From NCBI GenBank assembly GCA_964573245.1, contig CAZNJA010000003.1, positions 1-45,615 of the forward strand: a stretch of 45,615 nt of DNA, written 5' to 3'. A program made the position numbers and the translations under genes. The notes below the pieces were generated by a model. It ran no database searches. It worked only from the letters and a program-made list of their open reading frames with translations, and had not been told where the DNA came from. This document shows positions 27,538 through 37,451 of this stretch, piece after piece. Every line of letters starts with the position of its first letter. Position 1 is the stretch's first letter. Source of the DNA: an uncultured bacterium (lineage in GTDB: Bacteria > CAIJMQ01).

Positions 27538-29394
27538 TCATTTTTCACCCAAATCGCGCATTCGCTTGTTTATTTCCTCCTCCAGGGAAGCATCATATTT
27601 CAATGCCATATCATACTGTTTGGCAGCTTCTTCTTTTTTCCCAAAAACCATATATACATCTCCATAAACAAGATAGTTATAACCTAAGGTCGGATAAAAA
27701 GAAACTGCTCGCTTTATATATTCCATCGCCTCATCTTCGTCGTTTCTAAGCAAACTTGCCATCAACGCCAACTCTCTCCAATAAAAAGAGCGATATTTAT
27801 CATGCTTAACCGCTTGCTTTAAATGCCGTAATATTTCACTGGAAAAATCTTTTCTCTCTTCTATCATCTTTTGCTTATACATTTGGCTCAACAAATAATG
27901 GTAACCCATCCTATATTCGTCTTCCCCAAAAGTCCAATAACGGGTGGAAAGCTTCAATTCTTCTATGGCTTCATTTATATTTTTAGACTTCTTCATTGCT
28001 TCCAAATAATGTCCTTCGGCCGCAAAGACTCTAAAGAGCAGAACAAAAACAAAAACCGATACAATAAATAACGGCACAAAAAGCGCTTTCTTGTTTTTGA
28101 TTTTCTTTTCTTCATAATTCACGCCCAACGAAACGCCAATAATCATAAAAAGCACGGAGGTTACGCTAAAAACATACAAACTGAAGTCTCCCAAAGAATG
28201 CAGAATAAAAGATAAAACCGAAAGATAACCTCCGCAAACAAAAATTTTCTGAATTGATGAAAGGTTGTCGAAGTTTTTCATCTTCCTATTCATCTGCTTA
28301 AAGAAAAAAACAAAAACGCTCAAAAACAACAAAAAACCCGCAATTCCGAGTTCGGCCCAAATCTGTAGAAAATTATTATGCGCCATTTGTGTCTCTTCAG
28401 CGTTAAACAACTTGTATTTCGCGTAAACCCTGCCGAAACTGCCCAATCCAAAACCAGTAAGAGGCCTTTCCTTAAGCATTTCCAAACCCGCGCGCCAATA
28501 TTCTACTCTTACCTCCAAAGAGTCTTTGAGCGGTTGAACCTTCTCAGCGACATATTTATCGTTATAGACGTAAAATATTACAAAAGCAACCAAAAAAATA
28601 AACGCAATCGCTGCTATTGTTCTGCGCGACTTCGGCACTTTAAACAGCAAAAACAAAAGCCATGAAAGGATCAAAACAAGCATCCCGCCTTTTGAAAAAG
28701 TCAAAACAAACGCAAAAAGAATAAGTAGAGAGAGTGCGGAAAAAATTACTCTCTTTACATTGTTTTCCCTGTCGCAAAATACGGCAGAAAAGACCGCAAA
28801 CGGCAGAACCATCATAAGGAAAGTAGCTAAAGTGTTGGGATACAGAAAGGTGGAAAAAGCTCTGTCAGTATAAAGCCGAGACATGAAATCCTCATGAGCA
28901 GTAATTGGTGCTTCCGCCCTATAAATAAGAAGGTATTGACGAGTCTGCTCCAACCCCCAGAAATACTGATGGACCGCATAAATTGATACCAGGAAAGTAG
29001 AAAATAACAAAACCCAAAGAAACTTTTCCCTGCTTTTATCATCGCCTGCCGTATTAAAACAGATAAAAAAGGCAAACAAATAAAACACGAAATATGAAAT
29101 TTGAGTAAAAGTTGCGGGAATGCTTACAGTCCATAAAAACGACAGCGCACTCCAGAGAAGAAACAATCCTAAAGGCAAATACAGAGAGTTGCTCTTTACC
29201 AAACTGTGTTTTTCCCTAAATGAAAAAATGCCAAGCCAACAAACAAAAAGAAACAACAAAAAAATAGTATAGACGATTATAAGTTGCGACAAATTTAAGA
29301 ATTCGCAAAAAGATATTGGAAGCCTTCCAAGCGGAATGACAAACAGCAAAAACAAAATCCCGATATATATAAATTTGAATTTATTTCCAGCCAT
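27538..29394 (-). CDS. O-antigen ligase family protein with C-terminal TPR
   Basis: many TMs, T.S.GG, R..YW.......P..G.G.G.F, AHN.FLQ..AELG. Confidence 0.9.
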   Translation of the reverse strand: MAGNKFKFIYIGILFLLFVIPLGRLPISFCEFLNLSQLIIVYTIFLLFLFVCWLGIFSFREKHSLVKSNSLYLPLGLFLLWSALSFLWTVSIPATFTQISYFVFYLFAFFICFNTAGDDKSREKFLWVLLFSTFLVSIYAVHQYFWGLEQTRQYLLIYRAEAPITAHEDFMSRLYTDRAFSTFLYPNTLATFLMMVLPFAVFSAVFCDRENNVKRVIFSALSLLILFAFVLTFSKGGMLVLILSWLLFLLFKVPKSRRTIAAIAFIFLVAFVIFYVYNDKYVAEKVQPLKDSLEVRVEYWRAGLEMLKERPLTGFGLGSFGRVYAKYKLFNAEETQMAHNNFLQIWAELGIAGFLLFLSVFVFFFKQMNRKMKNFDNLSSIQKIFVCGGYLSVLSFILHSLGDFSLYVFSVTSVLFMIIGVSLGVNYEEKKIKNKKALFVPLFIVSVFVFVLLFRVFAAEGHYLEAMKKSKNINEAIEELKLSTRYWTFGEDEYRMGYHYLLSQMYKQKMIEERKDFSSEILRHLKQAVKHDKYRSFYWRELALMASLLRNDEDEAMEYIKRAVSFYPTLGYNYLVYGDVYMVFGKKEEAAKQYDMALKYDASLEEEINKRMRDLGEK

Positions 29395-29404
29395 TACTCT
29401 AATT

Positions 29405-30001
29405 TTATACCAAATCGATTTTTAAATCCCAACGATTTTTTGCTTCTTTAAGCATTTTGAGAATCTTTTCGATAGGAAGCCCCACCACATTATAATAATC
29501 GCCTTTAAGCCACTCCACGAATTTATCCCCTTTCTCCTGAACCGCATAACTTCCCGCCTTGTCCCTGCCTTCGCCGCTTCGAACATAATTTTCTATCTGG
29601 TCATCGGTAATATCACCCTTCATTTTTACCTCTGTGGCTTCACTGTCAATAAGGCAGATATTTTTATCTTTGCATAAAATCGCCATTCCGGTAATAACCT
29701 TCTGAACAGTCCCTCTGAATGTCTTTAAAAACCTTATTGCTTCTTCGTCATCTTTAGGCTTGCCATATAAAACCCCTTCCAATTCAACAACTGTATCCGC
29801 TCCGATAACAAGCGCTTTTGGGTGTTTTTTTGCTACTATCTCGGCTTTCATTAAGGCAAGTTTTTCTGCAATTTTGCAAGAGTCATTTTGATTATCCATG
29901 ATATTTTCATTGATATCAGCAGGAACAATCTCAAAATCTTTGATAATTTTTTTTAGGAGTTTTTTTCTTTGAAAAGAAGCAGACGCAAGAATTATTTCCA
30001 T
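29405..30001 (-). CDS. maf: Maf family nucleotide pyrophosphatase
   Basis: ILASAS..R..LL, GADTVV, GKP, DKAGSY, NVVGLP. Confidence 0.95.
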   Translation of the reverse strand: MEIILASASFQRKKLLKKIIKDFEIVPADINENIMDNQNDSCKIAEKLALMKAEIVAKKHPKALVIGADTVVELEGVLYGKPKDDEEAIRFLKTFRGTVQKVITGMAILCKDKNICLIDSEATEVKMKGDITDDQIENYVRSGEGRDKAGSYAVQEKGDKFVEWLKGDYYNVVGLPIEKILKMLKEAKNRWDLKIDLV

Positions 30002-30065
30002 CAGGGAGAATTATATCAAAAGCAGCAATTGATAGAATGAATTAAGGATGATAGAATTCAATTTG

Positions 30066-30108
30066 AAACCCTGAACCAGTCCCGACGTAACGTCGGGACG
30101 ATTCAGGG
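30066..30108. repeat. hairpin element copy 2 with nested GTCCCGACGTAACGTCGGGAC
   Basis: arms identical to the 27481 copy; inner core shared with 21630-21644. Confidence 0.75.
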
Positions 30109-30125
30109 CGAGAAGGAGGCAGACT

Positions 30126-30935
30126 TTGATAGATAGAAAAATCGGGATAATCGGCTGCGGAAATATGGGAGAAGCATTACTATCCGGATTATTAAATAAG
30201 AATATATTTGATAAGAAAAACATTACGGCAAGCGAAAAGCAGGAAGAACGGTTAAAATTTCTTAAGCAGAAATATCCCCAAATAATACTTTCCAAAGATA
30301 ACCAATCTCTGGTTACAAATTCTTCCGTAATAATACTTGCCATAAAACCACAGGATATGGAATCTCTACTTAAAGAAATATCTACATCGTTAACTGCTTC
30401 ACACCTAATAATATCAATAGCTGCGGGAATAAAACTTTCATTTCTAGAAAAAACCGTTAATAAACAAATACCTGCGGTTAGAGTTATGCCGAATCTACCC
30501 GCTTTAATAGGCGAAGGTATTTCTGCCTATTGTGTATCCGATACGGTATCAAAAGAAAATGAAGAAATAATAGAAGAAATATTGGGAAGTCTAGGAAAAG
30601 TAATCAAAATGGAAGAAGATAAATTGGATGTTGTAACAGCTCTATCCGGCTCTGGACCCGCTTATGTATTTTACATGTTGGAGGCTATGATAGAAGCAGG
30701 AATTAAACTGGGACTTACAGAAAAACAGGCAAAAAATCTTTCTGTTCAGACCATAATTGGCGCGGCAAAAATGATAGAAAGGGGAGAAAACCCCGCTATT
30801 TTAAGAGAAAAGGTAACTTCTCCTAAAGGAACAACTGAAGCCGCACTGAAAGTTTTAATTGATAGTAAATGGAAAGAAATCCTAATTAAGGCAATTGCAA
30901 AAGCGGAAGAAAGAAGCAAGGAATTGTCTAAATAG
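30126..30935 (+). CDS. proC: pyrroline-5-carboxylate reductase
   Basis: IG.GNMG, SIAAG, RVMPN, TALSGSGPAY, VTSP.GTT. Confidence 0.96.
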   Translation: MIDRKIGIIGCGNMGEALLSGLLNKNIFDKKNITASEKQEERLKFLKQKYPQIILSKDNQSLVTNSSVIILAIKPQDMESLLKEISTSLTASHLIISIAAGIKLSFLEKTVNKQIPAVRVMPNLPALIGEGISAYCVSDTVSKENEEIIEEILGSLGKVIKMEEDKLDVVTALSGSGPAYVFYMLEAMIEAGIKLGLTEKQAKNLSVQTIIGAAKMIERGENPAILREKVTSPKGTTEAALKVLIDSKWKEILIKAIAKAEERSKELSK

Positions 30936-30940
30936 ACAAC

Positions 30941-32140
30941 TCAATCCTCGTCTTTTATCTCTGCCTCTTCTACAAAAGGAAGTGCTTCGTCCTCGGATGC
31001 TATGGGTAATCCGTGTTGTTTACTTATGTCTTCAATCTTATTAAGAGGTTTTTCAAGCTGGCGTTTCCTTGTAGTAGTAAGCAAGTCGTATTCTTTCTGT
31101 GCTTCTGCAATGCGTTTGCCCATCGTCTCCATTTTCACGACAAATGCACCCCATTGTTTTTTGAATTCGCCCAATAAAGAACATATCTCATTTGAAGTTT
31201 TTTCCATCGCAAAATTTTCCACCGCCTGCCTGACAACCGCCAAAACAGCAAAAAGAGTCATAGGCGAACAAAAGATTATTTTATTCTTAAGCCCTTCATC
31301 AATAATTGATTTGTCCTGCTCATTGATAAACGCATAAACCTGTTCATTTGGAATAAACAAAAGCGCATAATCAACTGTGTTCTTTTCAGGGTTTATATAC
31401 TCACGACTTGTAATCTCTTTGGCTCTTGCCTTAACATCCTTTAAAAAATTATTACGGAATTTTGTTTTATCTGACTCTGAATCAGCTTCCAAAAACCTCA
31501 TATAATTATCCAAAGGAAATTTAACATCCATATTAAGTTTTAGATGATTGGGCAAGAAAAAAGTGAAATCAGGGCGTGCCTGCCCATCTTCAATGGCTTT
31601 CTGTTTTACATAGTTTACATTTTCAATAAGACCGGCAAGACGCAGTATATCCTCCGCCATCCTCTCACCCCATTGCCCTCTTGCTTTTGTGCTTGACAAT
31701 GCTTCACGCAGAGTTCCCGTAGTTTCGGTAAGAGTGACTGTTTGTTTGCTCACCGTTTTAAGTTGTTCGGTAAGTTCTCCGAATTTCTTTTCCCTGTCTT
31801 TTTCAAGTTCTTTCATAAGTTTGGAAGCATCTTCCAATTTAACGGTCATATTCTTAAGCTGTAAATCAATAAGCCCTTTCTTTTCATTCAATTCTTTAAC
31901 ATTCACTTCTCTTTCAGATTCAAGTTTTCCCTTTGCTAACTTAAGAAATTCTTCGGTGGATTTTTGGAGCGCATCAAGCGACAAACTTCCAAAACTTGCC
32001 TTTACATTTTCTATTACAGCATCTACCGCAGCTTTGCTTTCCTTAGTTGTCCTCGCCTGCGCCAACTTCAAAATAAAAGCAATAATCACGCTGCCCAAAA
32101 CAAAACCTAAAATAAAAGTAATAATCGGTAAAGTGTTCAT
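30941..32140 (-). CDS. rmuC: DNA recombination protein RmuC
   Basis: N-terminal TM, coiled coil, RGQWGE, RPD...LP, D.KFP, LF.P.E. Confidence 0.92.
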   Translation of the reverse strand: MNTLPIITFILGFVLGSVIIAFILKLAQARTTKESKAAVDAVIENVKASFGSLSLDALQKSTEEFLKLAKGKLESEREVNVKELNEKKGLIDLQLKNMTVKLEDASKLMKELEKDREKKFGELTEQLKTVSKQTVTLTETTGTLREALSSTKARGQWGERMAEDILRLAGLIENVNYVKQKAIEDGQARPDFTFFLPNHLKLNMDVKFPLDNYMRFLEADSESDKTKFRNNFLKDVKARAKEITSREYINPEKNTVDYALLFIPNEQVYAFINEQDKSIIDEGLKNKIIFCSPMTLFAVLAVVRQAVENFAMEKTSNEICSLLGEFKKQWGAFVVKMETMGKRIAEAQKEYDLLTTTRKRQLEKPLNKIEDISKQHGLPIASEDEALPFVEEAEIKDED

Positions 32141-32144
32141 GTGT

Positions 32145-33035
32145 TCATCCTCCCCATAGCGGAGCGCTTGGCAGATATTTTTCGAACTCTTTTATCAATT
32201 TTAATTCATAATCCCCGGCATATTTTTCGTTGAAAAATTTATCCATTGCTTCATTATAAAATCTTTCCCAGCTTTTGTCTTCTCCTGCAGGATTAATGGG
32301 ATAAAACAAGACGTCATTTTCTTTAGCAGCTTCCATATCGCCAAGCGCGTCGCCGAGCATAAGAACATGCTCTTTTTTATATTTTCTGCCGGCTGCAAGC
32401 GCTATGTGTTCTTTTTTACTGCCTAATTCCTGCCCGCAAATAGCTCTTACGTATCGCAATATGCCATGCGCTTCCCATTCTCTTCGAAGAGCTTCTTCGG
32501 GTGTTGCCGAGATAACAACGATATCCGCTTTTTCCTGAAGTTTTTTCAAGGATTCTTTCACAAAAGGAAAAGGCGAAATATCTTTTGATATATCCGCTAT
32601 TGCTTTGTTTGCTGCCTCACTCCATTTAAGAGTCTGTTTAAGAAAAGGGTCGCCTGTTTTCTCGACGGCGGCTTTCAAAGCCGAATTGCCTAATTGGGAT
32701 TCTTTTTTGAACCAATCTTTTAATGATGCTGTCTTGGGAATTTCGACTTTTTCTTTCTTGACTTCGTCCCTTTCCCTAAGCAAATCGAAAACCATCGCCA
32801 AAGCAGCAAACCTATTCATCCCGCGCCATTTTGAATAAAGATTCACGAATTCTCCCGCTTCCATAACGTATTCGCGAATCGGCTGAAGACTCCAATTTTC
32901 CACGATGCCGGGAAGCAAACACTTTTTTTGTTTTACTTCCATCGAGTTAAAAACGCACCCGTCGGAATCTATCCCCACAAAAAAATCTTTTTGTGGCTTC
33001 ATGTTCCGCAACATCTCTTGCGTAAGACAAGTCAT
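32145..33035 (-). CDS. HAD superfamily hydrolase
   Basis: IDSDGC, V.SAT, GQE.G.K, M.GDA.GD. Confidence 0.88.
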   Translation of the reverse strand: MTCLTQEMLRNMKPQKDFFVGIDSDGCVFNSMEVKQKKCLLPGIVENWSLQPIREYVMEAGEFVNLYSKWRGMNRFAALAMVFDLLRERDEVKKEKVEIPKTASLKDWFKKESQLGNSALKAAVEKTGDPFLKQTLKWSEAANKAIADISKDISPFPFVKESLKKLQEKADIVVISATPEEALRREWEAHGILRYVRAICGQELGSKKEHIALAAGRKYKKEHVLMLGDALGDMEAAKENDVLFYPINPAGEDKSWERFYNEAMDKFFNEKYAGDYELKLIKEFEKYLPSAPLWGG

Positions 33036-33081
33036 TTGTGAAGCTTCCCCATTCTAAACTTTCTTCTTCGGAGGCGAAATC

Positions 33082-33146
33082 TCCCGAACCAAAAACTTTG
33101 TTTTGGTACGGGACTAATCCAGCACCGAACTTTGTTCTGGTGCTGG
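33082..33146. repeat. two tandem related hairpins
   Basis: TCCCGAACCAAAA-ACTTTG-TTTTGGTACGGGA and CCAGCACCGAAC-TTT-GTTCTGGTGCTGG. Confidence 0.75.
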
Positions 33147-33164
33147 GCCGCATCAATCTCAAAA

Positions 33165-33545
33165 CTAGCGTGGGTAAATATCTTTAGGCTCGAAAACTTT
33201 CTTCTCTACTATTTTAAGATTGCCGTCCGAATCAAGTTTTCTAAAAAAACAACTCCTATAACCTTCATGACAGCTTGCCGTTTTCTGCTGGACTTTTATA
33301 AGCAGAGTGTCTTCGTCGCAATCAACAAATATTTCTTTTACATTCTGCACATGCCCGGATGTTTCCCCTTTTTTCCATAATTTTTTTCTTGAACGGGAAT
33401 AAAAATGAACGACTCCTGTTTCGAGAGTCAAACGTAACGCTTCTTTGTCCATATAAGCGTGCATCAGGACTTGTTGATTCTCATAATCCTGAATGATTAC
33501 GGGAATAAGCCCGTTGTCCTTAAATTTCAATTTATCTATGTCCAT
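33165..33545 (-). CDS. hisI: phosphoribosyl-AMP cyclohydrolase
   Basis: SRSR..LW.KGETSG, DCDED, CH.G..SCF; AAGGAG SD. Confidence 0.95.
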   Translation of the reverse strand: MDIDKLKFKDNGLIPVIIQDYENQQVLMHAYMDKEALRLTLETGVVHFYSRSRKKLWKKGETSGHVQNVKEIFVDCDEDTLLIKVQQKTASCHEGYRSCFFRKLDSDGNLKIVEKKVFEPKDIYPR

Positions 33546-33627
33546 CTCATACTCCTTCGGGTTTTTAAATTTTAACAAAGTTAGCCATATATTGACAGCG
33601 CGACAAATCGGTTAAAACATACAGATA

Positions 33628-33698
33628 TTAGACTTTTGACATTGGACTTTGGACTGGTTAACTATTTTTTAGTTTATAGTCTAAGGTCTCGTGTCTTC
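33628..33698. repeat. inverted heptamer arrays
   Basis: TTAGACT TTTGACA TTGGACT TTGGACT ... AGTTTAT AGTCTAA GGTCTCG. Confidence 0.7.
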
Positions 33699-34664
33699 AG
33701 TCAAATTTTTCATTTCTCCGCCCATTAAAAAATACGCAATTCCCCCCGGGACGGAAGACATCAAGTTAACGAAATAAAAAGTTATGCTCAAAGCAAAAGC
33801 ATCCATTTTTGTAATTACCCCGCTTGCCGTTGCAAAGAAAAAGATGAAAGCCCATTCCCTCATGCCTATGCCGCTTACCGTTATGGGAATAAAGGTTATC
33901 AACTGTATTATAGGGAAAAATAGGAAGAAGTATTTGACCGGTATATTTAAATTAAGAAAACGGGAAACGAAATAGGAGAAAAATATTATGAGAAACTGAA
34001 TAACCAAAGAAACAAAGAAGGTATATACAAATACGCTTTTGCTTTTTCTATAGATGACCAGAGAATCTTTGAACCTTTTTACTTTATTGCCCAGGTCAAA
34101 AACACCGATTTTATAAAGTCTTCTTAAAACAGAAGAACTTTTAAGATTGAAAAACAGAAAAACGGCAACCCAAAAAAGAGTAAACAAAACAAGAACAAAC
34201 GGGTAATTTTCTTTGACCGCAGGCACATTAAACGAAAAAGGCAACACAAGAACCACGATAACAAGAAGCGCAGACACGCCTAAAACACGGTCCAAAAGAA
34301 TAGAAGCCAAAATCCCGGCGGTTTTGCGTGTTTTTTGGGTGGTATAGAAAAGTTTTACGGCGTCTCCCCCCACAAGCCCCGGCAGAAAATTCGAAAAGAA
34401 AACACCTATAAAAGTCAATTTCAATATTGAGAAGAAACTAAATTCGATTCCCTGAACGTCTAATAATCTCTTCCATCTAACGGCACAGCACGCGACAACC
34501 GCAAAAACAGACAAGACTGAAAAAAGCAAAAAAACATAACAAGCGCCCTCAAGATACGAAGGCAGTTCTTGGATGTTCTCTTTGCCTAAATTAAACAATA
34601 GAAAACCTATCAAGGATACGCTTACAACAGTCCTTCCAACGAGCAATAAAAGTTTTCTTTTCAT
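33681..34664 (-). CDS. lysylphosphatidylglycerol synthase TM-region (flippase-like) protein
   Basis: RW..LL, PG..GGD..K, DR..G, PI..SG.G.RE. Confidence 0.88.
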   Translation of the reverse strand: MKRKLLLLVGRTVVSVSLIGFLLFNLGKENIQELPSYLEGACYVFLLFSVLSVFAVVACCAVRWKRLLDVQGIEFSFFSILKLTFIGVFFSNFLPGLVGGDAVKLFYTTQKTRKTAGILASILLDRVLGVSALLVIVVLVLPFSFNVPAVKENYPFVLVLFTLFWVAVFLFFNLKSSSVLRRLYKIGVFDLGNKVKRFKDSLVIYRKSKSVFVYTFFVSLVIQFLIIFFSYFVSRFLNLNIPVKYFFLFFPIIQLITFIPITVSGIGMREWAFIFFFATASGVITKMDAFALSITFYFVNLMSSVPGGIAYFLMGGEMKNLTEDTRP

Positions 34665-34884
34665 TGATAAACTAATTACAGGGAATTATAACCGATTAAA
34701 CCAATATGGTATTATAAACCACAACCGGATATTATTACATCGTTTTTCACACTGAATTGCTTCTTAGAAGTTTTTCATGTGTTTTTGCAAAACATATTTC
34801 TGGCGGGTCTTGCTACTTTCCACCAGCTACTTTAAAATAATCCGTCAAGCGGTGTGACCCGTATTTAGAGATTGGCGCATTTCA

Positions 34885-35976
34885 ATGAAAATACTCAAAA
34901 GTTACATAATAAAAGAATTTATTCCGTCTTTTCTTCTCGGTTTTTTCATATTTGCTTTTGTTCTGTTCATAAGCAATTTTTTCCCGATGGCGCGCTTGTT
35001 TTTCGATGAGCGGATAAGTCTGTCCGCAACAATGACACTACTTTTTCATATAATTTGCCTGATTTTGCCGTATTCGCTTTCAATGGGCGTTCTGCTGGGA
35101 AGCGTAAACTGTTTCAACAGACTTTCCCAAGACGGAGAAATAGTCGGGATGGAATCCTGCGGGATAGGATATTCAGTCCTCATCCTGCCGACACTGCTTC
35201 TATCCTTGTTAATAAGCCTATTTTGCCTATACCTTCACGTTGAAGTTTCGCCATCCGCGCATTTAGCCATTAAACAGTTCCAGGAAGATTTTAAGATAGA
35301 AAACATAATCGTCTCGGCAGTAGCGGAAGAGAAAGTCCTTATAGACAATTTCAAGAATTATAAAATTTATATAGACAGAATAGAAGCAAACAAGATAGAA
35401 GGCATAACCGTGTTCAAACTCAAAGATAACGGTATAGTCTCCATTATAGTCGCAGAAAAAGGAGAAATAATAGTTTCCGAAAGCAACAAAAATCAGAGAT
35501 TAAAACTGATTGACGGAACCATCGACGAGGCTGACGAAGAAAACCCCACAGGTTTTACCAAGGCTAATTTCGACACATATGACATTGAACTTGAGCCGAT
35601 AAGAAGCGCAAAAGAAGTAAACAAAAAACCCTGGGATATGAAACTGGGCGAAATCAACAGAAGCATTAGAGATTTCAAAAAACAAAAAATAGTTCCTCAC
35701 CATTTACTCACGGAAATGCATAAAAGATTTTCCCTGTCCTTTTCTGCTTTGTTTTTCCTTTTGGTAGGGGCTATATTGGGCATAAAAATGAAAGGCAAAA
35801 ATAAAGTAAAAGGGTTCGGTATAAGCCTGCCCGTAATCATCGTCTATTATGTTATTCTGCTACTTTGCGAAAGGATTTCGCAAAAAGGCGTATTCTATCC
35901 GTTTATACTAATGTGGCTACCCAACATATTTTTATTGGTTTTTTGCATTCCGTATTTTTTAAAAAAAGAAATATGA
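34885..35976 (+). CDS. lptF: LPS export permease LptF
   Basis: YI.KE, F.RLS.D.E, E.H.R, W.PN; paired with a paralogue. Confidence 0.85.
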   Translation: MKILKSYIIKEFIPSFLLGFFIFAFVLFISNFFPMARLFFDERISLSATMTLLFHIICLILPYSLSMGVLLGSVNCFNRLSQDGEIVGMESCGIGYSVLILPTLLLSLLISLFCLYLHVEVSPSAHLAIKQFQEDFKIENIIVSAVAEEKVLIDNFKNYKIYIDRIEANKIEGITVFKLKDNGIVSIIVAEKGEIIVSESNKNQRLKLIDGTIDEADEENPTGFTKANFDTYDIELEPIRSAKEVNKKPWDMKLGEINRSIRDFKKQKIVPHHLLTEMHKRFSLSFSALFFLLVGAILGIKMKGKNKVKGFGISLPVIIVYYVILLLCERISQKGVFYPFILMWLPNIFLLVFCIPYFLKKEI

Positions 35977-37046
35977 AAATACTTGATAAATATCTTTTAA
36001 AACACTTTTTCCCGGCATATTTATTCACGGCAATCACCTTTTGTTTTTTTTACTGTTTGATAAACCTATTGTCAAACCTAAACCAATTTACAGACAAAGG
36101 CGCTTTAATAATAGACGTGGCAAAATATTATTTATTTTTCCTGCCTTCCCTTTGGATGCAACTTTCGCCCCTTGCGGTGCTAATAGGAGTTTGGTTTTCG
36201 GTCGGACATTTAGCACAAGACAGAGAAATAATGGCAATGAGACTGGCCGGAATATCCGCCTTGAGAATCACCGCTCCGCTGATAATATCAGGGCTGGCAA
36301 TTTCCTCTCTGTGCCTGGGCGTAAATATAAGTTCGGTTCCCTTTTGCGAAGAAAAAAAAGAAGAGATATGGAAAGGCAAAATTCAAGGCGAAGAGGAATA
36401 TCTGAACAAAGAAAGAGAAAATTTTGCGTTTACCTCAAATAACATCGTTTACTTTGCGAAAAACTTCAACGGAAAAGAAGGCACAATAAATGAAATCCAC
36501 AGCGTAACCACTAACATTGCAAATGGCAACAGTGTCAGGATAGACGCAAAAAAAGCTTTATGGGAAAATGACAAATGGGTTCTGAATGAGGCAGTCGAAA
36601 AAATATTCGACAAGGATGGCAACTTAAAAACGATTGAACAGTTCGAAAGCAAAGAAAGCGAACTTTCCCTATCGCCCCGCGAACTTTGGCTATACAACAA
36701 AAACCCGTCGATAATGCCGATGAAAACACTAAAGGAATACATTAGACAACGCCAAACATCACTCTCGCGCTTCTCTTACTTGACGCAGCTGCATTCCCGC
36801 TTTTCCCTGCCACTTATAAATTTCACGCTCCTTATTATATCAATCCCTTTCTGCCTTTTATCTTTACACCAAAACATCGCCGGAAGAATAAGCTGGGCTT
36901 TGGGGCTTTCCCTTTTATACTATGTCTTTTTTTCGTTTATGGTGGCTATATCCGAAAAAGGGGCAATTCCGCCTGCTTTGGGCGTGTGGCTTCCCAACAT
37001 CTTGTTTTTGTGCATAGGTACAGTCTACATCTGGAAGAAAAGATAA
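35973..37046 (+). CDS. lptG: LPS export permease LptG
   Basis: MKILDKY, E..AM..AGIS, W.PN; ATGA overlap with lptF. Confidence 0.85.
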   Translation: MKILDKYLLKHFFPAYLFTAITFCFFYCLINLLSNLNQFTDKGALIIDVAKYYLFFLPSLWMQLSPLAVLIGVWFSVGHLAQDREIMAMRLAGISALRITAPLIISGLAISSLCLGVNISSVPFCEEKKEEIWKGKIQGEEEYLNKERENFAFTSNNIVYFAKNFNGKEGTINEIHSVTTNIANGNSVRIDAKKALWENDKWVLNEAVEKIFDKDGNLKTIEQFESKESELSLSPRELWLYNKNPSIMPMKTLKEYIRQRQTSLSRFSYLTQLHSRFSLPLINFTLLIISIPFCLLSLHQNIAGRISWALGLSLLYYVFFSFMVAISEKGAIPPALGVWLPNILFLCIGTVYIWKKR

Positions 37047-37190
37047 GACTTTTGAAAACAAACTCATATAAAACCCGTATAATCGTAAAATTCGATAGTT
37101 TCGAGAAATAAGTGTTGAAGTTTATTCAAAATAACTTATAATGAAAAAGGTGAATTCCCGTTTTAAAATTTACGGGGGATTTAATATCAA

Positions 37191-37451
37191 GTGTTTAAAA
37201 AAGATAATTCCATGCCGGACCAAAAGAAATTTCAAGGCGAGATAAAAATCGACGAAGAGAAGTGCAAAGGTTGTAAAATTTGCGTTAACTTCTGCCCTAA
37301 CGGGGCCATCGGAATATCAGAGAAGATAAATAAAAAAGGAGTTTACCCTGTCCAAATAAAAGACAAAGGCAAATGCACAGGATGCGGGATTTGTTTTCTT
37401 GTGTGTCCTGATGTGGCTATAGAAATCTACAATGAACCCCGTAAGAAATAG
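37191..37451 (+). CDS. 2[4Fe-4S] ferredoxin-like delta subunit of 2-oxoacid:ferredoxin oxidoreductase
   Basis: CKGCKICVNFCP and CTGCGICFLVCPD. Confidence 0.9.
   Translation: MFKKDNSMPDQKKFQGEIKIDEEKCKGCKICVNFCPNGAIGISEKINKKGVYPVQIKDKGKCTGCGICFLVCPDVAIEIYNEPRKK

Noticed and set aside
32947-33162. 71-aa ORF between hisI and the HAD gene
   Set aside because: Largely made of the twin hairpins and overlaps the HAD gene out of frame.
34799-34862. Possible riboswitch (CGGGTC...GACCCG and CTGG...CCAG pairings)
   Set aside because: I could not match a full known aptamer consensus; it lies in a divergent promoter region. An Rfam search would decide.
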